Origin: Octopus vulgaris
Taxonomy: Eukaryota
Direction: 5' to 3'
DNA length: 64,000 nucleotides
Assembly (NCBI GenBank): GCA_951406725.2
Contig: OX597823.1
Coordinates: 60,264,001 to 60,328,000, forward strand
The notes under the pieces are model-generated. The model saw nothing but the letters and a program-made list of their open reading frames with translations. It was not told the origin of the DNA and did not search any database. Positions 54,990 to 64,000 of this stretch are shown in pieces (the first letter of the stretch is position 1; every line of letters starts with the position of its first letter). Made by a program: the position numbers and the translations under genes.

Positions 54990-55187
54990 TTTTACTTTTT
55001 TTAGTTTTAATTGTTTCAGTCATTTGACTGCGGCCATGCTGGAGCACCGCCTTTAGTCGAGCAAACCGACCCCGGGACTTATTCTTTGTAAGCCCAGTAC
55101 TTATTCTATCGGTCTCTTTTGCCGAACCGCTAAGTGACGGGAACATAAACACACCAGCATCGGTTGTCAAACAATGCTAGGGGGACA

Positions 55188-55219
<32 letters not shown>

Positions 55220-55320
55220 TACACATATATACATATATACGACAGGCTTCTTTCAGTTTCCGTCTACCAAATCCACTCACAAGGCATTGGTCAGCTCGGG
55301 GCTATAGCAGAAGACACTTG
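54990..55320 (-). mobile_element. SINE A, 5'-truncated
   Basis: Reverse complement of the consensus. Confidence 0.85.
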
Positions 55321-55589
55321 CTCTATTATTATTATTATTATTAGTAGTAGTAGTAGTAGTAGTAATAGTAGTAGTAGTATTCACACCAGGGTAAATGCTT
55401 GGCAGCATTTCATCTATATTTATGCTCTGAGTTCAAATTCTCATGAGGTCAACTTTGCCAATCATTCTTTCGGGGACAATAACATAAATACCAGTTGATT
55501 ACTGAGGGTCGATGTAATCAACTTATCTCTTCTCTCAAAATTACTGGCCTTGTGCCAAAATTTTAAACCATTAATATCTTATTATTATT

Positions 55590-56312
55590 CCTTCATAACA
55601 CAGTGTAGGTAAAAATGAACCAGAGTCTTTAGTCATCTGTCAAGTCATAACAAGGACCTCAGAGAGATAGTACTTTCCTTAAGATTTATGCTGTGCCCAA
55701 TAAGGCTGATTTTTGCAAGACATCAATCTTGCATGGGATTTCCAGTTGCCTTAAGAAGTCTTGAAGTTTCAATGGGATTGCGCCCAATGCTCCAATTAAT
55801 ACTGGTATCATTTTACATAACACTCTTGCATTCCATGCAGTCTTGCCATTTCCACTTTCAATTTGAAGTACTTGGTGATTTTTTCAACCTCTTTACTCAC
55901 AACATTCATGTCATTCAGTATGGCTACATCAGTGTTCTGACAGTATTTGTCTCTCTTATTTAATATGACAATATCTGACCAACAGTGTTTGATTACACGA
56001 TCTATCAAAAAATCATAGTCCCAGAGTATTGTTATTTTTCCATTCTCCTGCATAACTTTACTTGGTACATGCTCATACTAGTTCTCTGTTACTTCATATT
56101 GGTATTTACGGCATAAGGGCCAATGAAGATACACAGATACTTTATTCTGGCAGCACTTGTATTCTTTTTGTGCAAGGCTCTTACATCCACTTAGCAAGTG
56201 GGTCACATTTTCCACATTCTTTCCACAGAGTCTGCATTTCTGGTGTCAGAAGTTTTATAGATGTTACTCTTCACTGAATTGGTAGCAAAAGCCAGGTCTT
56301 GTGCAGCAACGA
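55590..56312 (-). mobile_element. R4/Dong LINE 3' fragment (zinc knuckle/RLE region), decayed
   Basis: ENGKITILWDYDFLIDRVIKHCWSDIVILNKRDKYC..TDVAI matches the RLE motif region; abuts (TAA)n. Confidence 0.75.
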
Positions 56313-56357
56313 AAATTATTATCATTATTATTATTATTATTATCATTATTATTATTA

Positions 56358-56400
<43 letters not shown>

Positions 56401-56401
<1 letters not shown>

Positions 56402-56939
56402 GAGTGAGAGAGCAGTGCATGCCATCAAAGTGACACTTGGGTAAAATATACGAAGCCCAGTCTACCCATCATAACTACCTGTCAGATAAGGGTACACCAG
56501 ACACATGCATTACATGTGTGGCATGGTGATCTCATATCAAGATAAATAGTACATGACCTTGCAGGTGAAGCCCAGTTAGAATTTTCTTCTGATCAAGTAG
56601 CCCATCCCGCTCAAAAGGTCCCTGAATAAGGGTTGTTTAAGGATGTTGAATAAACCACCCATATTTCCAAAGGTGAATTATCCAAACCTCCAAGAATCCC
56701 TCTCAACACATGGCTATGATGCTGCCCCCACTACTTCTGCTTGTGATCAGAGATGCACATATCGTCAGCCACTAAGGGACATGCTCAACTGGTTAAAGTC
56801 AAACAACTGACAAGCAAATCTCTAGTATTGAGCAGAATATTTGCTGTAGCCCATCTTTTATACCAAGACAAAACAATGTACATGATAACACTTCCAATCA
56901 GTTAAGATCAGAAGCCATGAGAGCCACTGCTTGGTACTG

Positions 56940-56940
<1 letters not shown>
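56401..56940. mobile_element. Unclassified interspersed repeat between (TAT)n and (CAT)n tracts
   Basis: Balanced-composition block sharply bounded by microsatellites; no ORF; family not identified. Confidence 0.35.
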
Positions 56941-56991
<51 letters not shown>

Positions 56992-57061
56992 GTCGTCGTC
57001 GTCGTCATCGTCATCGTCATCGTCATCGTCTTCGTCATCGTCATCGTCATCATCGTCATCG

Positions 57062-57104
<43 letters not shown>

Positions 57105-57389
57105 TTTAAAAGGATAATTACTCTACTCCAGCTCTATCTTGTCACTGACAAACCTATTTGATTGATTAACTGAATAGTTAATCAAACTATTGGTTAGTTA
57201 ATTCGTTAAATAACTGACTAATTGCTTTATTATAAAGAAGTGAAATTGAACTAGTGCACATGTTTATTATTGGCATTATGACCATCTCAAGATGCAACAA
57301 AAAAATCTCTGCCAAGATACAAATTCAAACTAGTGAGAATCTTACAAACCAAATGCAAAATTTGAAAATCAACAACTTGGATATCAGTA

Positions 57390-57480
<91 letters not shown>

Positions 57481-58422
57481 TGAGTGTGCGTGTGTGTGTG
57501 AGTGTGTGAGTGTGTGTGTGAAAGTTGGTTAGATGATATATCTCCTTGCTTCATATTCATTTTAATATTCTATAAACATTTTATATACATATATATATTT
57601 CTTTTCGGCTTATTTCATATTTCTATATTTTTGTTTCACTATTTTCCTTTGATGTTTGCATCCTCATTTAGTTTCATTGTCTGGTTTTCAATGCCACCAT
57701 TTACTTTTGTAAAAAAATCATCAATACCCTATCACCCCATGTGATTCAGTAGCTTTTTTTTGTGTTTGTGTGGATGTGTGTATCTTTTTAACCCCACTTC
57801 CCATCACCTATGTTAATTTTTAATATAAATTTGATGCTCAAACACACACACACACTGACACACATGCATGCATGCATGCATGCACAAAATCTGTAACGCC
57901 CCCTCGAGACAGGAGATTTGCATGCATGAGCAATTACCCACACACATGCAAAAAAGAAGAAAGACTTGTATTCATGGGCAACTGTGAAACCTTCCACAAG
58001 CACAAATCTTGCCTAAAAGTCAGTACACATTTGTAGAGACGGGGTCAATTCTGACTGATGGAGGCCCCAGATAAACAGTAATTATTGATTATTTGTTCAT
58101 CTTTTATCTGTTATTTGCTTCAATCATTCGACTGTGGCCATGCTGCAGTACTGACTTGAAGGGTTCAGTCGAACAAAGCAACTAGAGTACATACTTTTAC
58201 AGCCTGGTACTTGATTTATTGGTCTATTTTGGTGAACTGCTAAGTCCCACGAACTAAATATGCCAACATCAGTTGTCAAGTAGTGGGCATGGGGTAAAGA
58301 CATACACACTTAGATATATGCATACATATATATATATATATATAAACATATACATAAATACATATATCTATATATATACATATATTTATATGTATATATA
58401 TATATATACATATATTTATATG

Positions 58423-58472
<50 letters not shown>

Positions 58473-58622
58473 GTATGTATGTATGTATGTATATTATTAA
58501 TGTGAAATAAGGAGAGAAAAAACAGTACTCAAATACTGGAAGAAGACTAATACACTTTATTATTAAAGCTGCAAAAACATCACAGCTTTTTGTGACATCT
58601 TTGCCGCTTTAATAGTGAAGTG

Positions 58623-58653
<31 letters not shown>

Positions 58654-58666
58654 AGGTAAGTATCTA

Positions 58667-58710
<44 letters not shown>

Positions 58711-58766
58711 TATACACTCATTTTCAATCAAATCTTCTGCAAGAAATTTGGATCCCTTGGTATATA

Positions 58767-58850
<84 letters not shown>

Positions 58851-58882
58851 TATATACATACACACACATATGTACACATATT

Positions 58883-58924
<42 letters not shown>

Positions 58925-60224
58925 AACACACGTGTATGTGTGTGTGTTGATTAGATGGTTAAGCAATTAACAAATACAAATAAAAAAGTGATATTGAACC
59001 AGTGTCTGTGTTTATTATTGGCAAATAACCTCCCCAAGACACAACAAAATATGTTCCAACCCCTAAGTTCACATCAAGAATCTAGCAAATACAAAAATGA
59101 AATGGTAGGTTCCAAATTCTTTAAAACAAAATATCCAATGTTGAAAAACCAATCTATTTTGGAAGAAAATATTGCAAAGAACTTATATCAAGGACAGAAA
59201 AATTGGTCAGCAGATTCAAAACATCTAGAGATCAAATTACATTAGTATCATGTTGTAGTGCTTTTCGGGATCATTTTCAAACTACTTAACTATGAGACAT
59301 GGTAACAGAAGACACCCTTCTGTCACAAATGACCACAGGATTGCACCTAGAAAGTCCCCTTCCAATGCACAAGTCTGAGCAAGTTTGTTTATGGAAAACC
59401 AGTAGTTGCCCTTGTGTACCAGCCTCCTCTCTCCATGCCACCAATGTTATCCAAGGGAAAGGCAAATGCTGATACAGCTTGACACCAGTGATGTTGCTGC
59501 TAATTTCTAAGGCTAAGAGAACATGAAATAAAGTGTCTTGTACAAGAATACAGACCACTTAGCAGACCACAAAACACGGTTGTAATTCCCTAACACACAG
59601 CCCAGTCTGGGAATCAAACTTACTACCACATGATTGTAACCCCAATGTTCTAACCACTGAGCCATGAACCTTTTCTACAAGATAGGGCAACAACATAAAC
59701 AACAATATAAACACTGATAAAACCAAACACAGATACACAGCTGTAGATATATATATATGTGTATTTTAGTTTCCATTTCATTATTCAGATTTCGTTTGTC
59801 CCTTGATTTACATGATTTCAATTTGCAGTGTGCATGGTGATGCACATAACCAGTTTTCTGTAAAAACTAAGGGTTAACTCTGAGTGTGTGTCTATGTGTG
59901 TGTGCATGTGTGCAATTCATGTGTGCATGTGCATGTGCATATGTACATGTACATGCACATGTGAGTGTGAGTGTAGATCTCACTCATAAAGGAATCTTAC
60001 TTTGTGTATAAACTCTATATTTGGAAGGACCCATTTTAAACTCTGTTGGACTTTTGGACCTTACTCATAGGGTATTGGAATATTGCATATATACCATTCT
60101 GCCTAAAAAATGGATCTACAACTTCAATATCCATACATATCTTGCATCTATTTTCTTTCCTCCACCTCACTCTCTATTTTGTATCACATCTAAACTAACT
60201 ATGACTTAATCATCCTCTCACACT

Positions 60225-60276
60225 GTCTCCGATGAAGGGATATTATTAATTAATATCCTGCACACAGCTGTAAGAC
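60225..60276 (+). ncRNA. Hammerhead remnant (U4C core, GAAAC mutated) in PLE-like pLTR
   Basis: GUCU CCGAUGA A GGGAUAUUA-UUAAU-UAAUAUCCU GCACAC AGCU GUA AGAC; 9-bp stem II, palindromic AGCU loop. Confidence 0.6.
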
Positions 60277-60516
60277 CTTCTATCTATAAATGTTCTGATA
60301 TCTACACAGCCTTGGCTTTTTTTATCTCATTATGTAAAAAATTAATATATTAATATATGTATATATGTATTTATATGTGTATGTGTGTGTGTGTATACAC
60401 TCATTTATACTCATACATACATAAATATGTACTTATATACCTATATAAATATGTACTTATATAGCTATATATGTATATAAATGCATATATAGATATATAT
60501 ATTATATAAATAGATG

Positions 60517-60597
<81 letters not shown>

Positions 60598-61099
60598 GAT
60601 AGATAGATAGATAGATAGAGAAGGAGTTAAAGAGACACAGAAAATGTATTACACAGAGATAGAAAGGCAGAGAAAAAAACTGTGTGAGAGACAATGAGAG
60701 ATCAAAGTAGTGACAGAGATGGTAGTACAGACAGAGAAATAAAAACAGCGACAATGGAAAAATTAGTGGGGAAGGGAGTACTGAGCCTTCAGCTTCAGAG
60801 ATGCCATCTTCACCACTGAGTAATATAGCATAAGCCTTCTGCCAGACATTACTTCCACTGCATTTTATAAGCCCAAAATATACAGGTCAGATAATAGATT
60901 GGAATTTTTAGATATTCTGCATTGCCATATTCTTCAAGCAAAAACTGAACAGCATGTTCTAAGAACTGGTGCATACATATGCATAAATATATGTATAGAT
61001 AGATAGACAGATAGATAGATAGATAGATAGATAGATACATACATACATACATACATACATACATACATACATACATAGACAAGTAGATAGATCGATAGA

Positions 61100-61580
61100 T
61101 TCTTTTATTTCTTTACTTGTTTCAGTCATTTGACTGTGGCCATGATGGAGCACTGCTTTTAGTCAAGCAAATTGACCCCAGGACTTATTCTTTGTAAACC
61201 TAGTACTTATTCTATGAGGATGTAAACACCCCACATTGGTTGTCAAGCAATGGTGAGGGGTGCAAACACAGACATACAAATACATACATAGATATATATA
61301 CCTATATGACAGGCTTCTTTCAGTTTCCATCTACAAAATCCACTCACAAGGCTTTGTTTGGTCAGCATGAGGTTATAGTTTGTCTATGTTTGTCTCCCAC
61401 ACCATCACTTGACAACTGATGTTGGTGTGTTTACGTCCTTGTAACTTAGCTGTTTGGCAAAAGAGACTCAAAGAATAAGTACCAGACTTACAAAGAATAA
61501 GTTTTGAGGTCGATTTGTTTGACTAAAGGGAGCGCTCCAGCATGGCCACAGTCAAATGACTGAAACAAGTAAAAGAATAA
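61100..61580. mobile_element. Back-to-back SINE A fragments (minus 61100-61380; plus 61380-61580)
   Basis: Tails point outward and form an inverted pair. Confidence 0.8.
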
Positions 61581-61590
61581 CAGAAAATAC

Positions 61591-61621
<31 letters not shown>

Positions 61622-62699
61622 TGTATGTATGTATGTATGTATATAGATAGATAGGTAGGTAGGTAGACGTGTATATATATACACGCACATATATATATAT
61701 GCCTATATATAAGCATGTGTGTATGCATACGTGTGTGTGTGTGTGTGTTTACAGTGTAAAATGTCTGAATCTGCAAAGATGGCGGTTATTATGAAGCAAA
61801 ACTGTAAATCTAAGATACAAGATATTGGTCTAGACAATACATTTATTTTCTCAAAGAACAAATGCAGCTTGAAGTATCTTCTTAAAATGCTTACCAGCAA
61901 TTTCAGATTCCAGATTCTACAACGAAAGCTTTCCATTATGTGCATACACTAGCACAAGCTGTTATACGCTCTGTGCACACTGAAAGAAAATTCGTATCCC
62001 ATTGATATTTTTGTTTTCTGGAGACATTCTCCTCCAGTTTCTTTCTTTTGATTGTTTTTTAATATTTCAATGTTTTTTTTTTTTTTTTGTTGTTGTTGAT
62101 ATTGTTTTGTTTTGCTTTGTGAGTGAGTGTATGTTTGTGTGTGATTCTTATTTCATTTTTCTCTTATTTTATCATTTTCATCTATCGTTATATACGTGTA
62201 AGTTTATTAGTTTGTTTTATGAGTACATTTCATATATGTTGTATGTGTGCATATATACTGTTTTATGCATATGTTTATATTTGTATGTATGTGTGCGTGT
62301 GAGTTTATGTATTTGCTTATTCATTTTTCTTTCTTATTGCAGTTTGTTAGCAATAATGCCTTTGGTTACAGGTTTCCAATGGGCCAATCATTGGTTCACT
62401 GCATTTCTGACAGTGAGAGTGACAAGGGAGTGTCTGTATCTTGATGCTGAACAAATCTCAAAGGACTTTGTTCATAAGGCAGTATTTCTTTTTTTTTTTT
62501 TTTCTTGCAGTAAGGTTTACATCCATCATTGATATATATTTTTGAGAGATGTATGTGTGTGAGAGTGAATATGTGTTGTATAATTGTGTATATACACAAT
62601 TATGGCTGGTAAGCAAACTTGTTAACCATACAGCCAATATATATATGTATGTATATGTAAGTGTGTGTGTATGTGTGTGTGTGTGTGTATATATATAAA

Positions 62700-63025
62700 G
62701 GAGCACTCCGTCGGTTACGAAGATGAGGGTCCCAGCTGATACAATCAATGGAATAGCTTGCTCATGAAACTAACGTGCAAGTGACTGAGCAATCCACAGA
62801 CATGTGTACCCCTAATGTAGTTCTCAGGGAGATTCAGCGTGACACAAAGTGTGACAAGACTGGCCCTTTGAAATACAGGTATAACTCATTTTTGCCAGGT
62901 GAGTGGATTGGAGCAACATGAAATAAAATGTCTTGCTCAAGGACACAACACGTCGCCAGGAATTGAACTCACGACCTTACACTCATGAGCCGAATGCCTT
63001 AACCATTAAGCCAAGCACCTTCACA
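62700..63025 (-). mobile_element. SINE D-related element
   Basis: Minus-strand head TGAAGGTGCTTGGCTTAATGGTTAAGG...GAGTTCAATTCC, then TGTGTCCTTGAGCAAGACATTT. Confidence 0.75.
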
Positions 63026-64000
63026 ATATATATATTGTGCTTTTCTAACAAAAATTTCATATTAGTAATACAACTATTTTAAAGTTTGACTTTGTTTTCT
63101 TTTTCTTATTTTTAAAGAATTTTTTCATATTTCTTCATTAGCCCTTTTTTGTTTCGTTGGAAACAATAGCATTCCAATATCATCTGTTACCATTTCAAAT
63201 CTTTCACCGTTTCCTCGTCTGAAGAACAGGATGGCAACAATGGTGTGTTGGTTGCATGCACTGCAGTAGGTTTCAAAGAACCATGGAAGAATGGATTTAG
63301 GAATACTAATATCTATTTAGTATTACTAATACTTAGTAATACTTAATTAGGATTTAGGAATACTAATATCAGAAACTGAACACAAACAGCTAATAACAAA
63401 ATATGTAAACTACAAGTAAAAAAAACATCAAAATCTAACCTAATCATAATTTTATCCACATACACAAATGCACATACATACATGCACACACTCTTGAACA
63501 CACACACACACACACACATGCATGCATACACATATAATTTGCAAAGACTTGTGGTAATCTATTTGTTATAAGATACTTCTGCCAAAGAAAACTTGAAATA
63601 TAACGTATATTGGCCAGTTTAGGAGATAGGCAATGAAGTGGAATGCAAAAATCTATCATGCTTCTTGAATTTCTGAAATAAATTAGCGAATGCTTCAAAA
63701 CTGATAAATCACACACATACGCACACATGCACGTACATAAACAAGCACACACACACACACACGCGCGCACAAATGCACACATGCATACACACACACACAC
63801 ACATAAACACATATTTGTCTTTCTTATTATTTATTTATTTACAAGATCTTCATGTGATTCCTACATTTTCATTATCAGCATTTAACATCCATTTTCCATT
63901 GCTGGCATGTGTTAGACAGCTTAACAGGACCTGGCAAGGTCAGAGGCTGCACCAAGTTCCATAGTCTATTGCAGCTTGGTTTCTATGGCTGGATGCCCTT

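Noticed and set aside
58561-58614. Short hairpin as a structured RNA
   Set aside because: Likely a collapsed PLE-type inverted remnant between TA tracts; no ribozyme core.
62343-62479. Plus-strand coding exon LLAIMPLVTGFQWANHW...
   Set aside because: Good acceptor but no convincing donor and no recognisable homology.

Overview
AT-rich, repeat-saturated eukaryotic DNA. The SINE and microsatellite content suggests a coleoid cephalopod, probably Octopus (inferred, not verified). I see no intact protein-coding gene; nearly all ORF-track entries are microsatellite or SINE read-throughs. Long T-rich tracts on + suggest an intron of a large + strand gene, with a few weak exon candidates including an 18-nt microexon inside a ~1.1-kb long-range inverted repeat. 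Mobile DNA comprises four SINE families, two decayed mariners, a Tc2/pogo MITE, a Helentron-type element, R4/Dong and RTE LINE fragments, and many Penelope-like element (PLE) remnants. The most striking signal is about a dozen hammerhead-ribozyme (HHR) motifs in PLE-type, often hairpin-shaped, inserts within (TA)n tracts. Their cores show C3:G8, G3:C8 and U3:A8 covariation, and one (17817-17886, minus) has all three helices but a non-circularly permuted, pseudoknotted strand order. All folds were paired by eye, activity is untested, and repeat boundaries are approximate.
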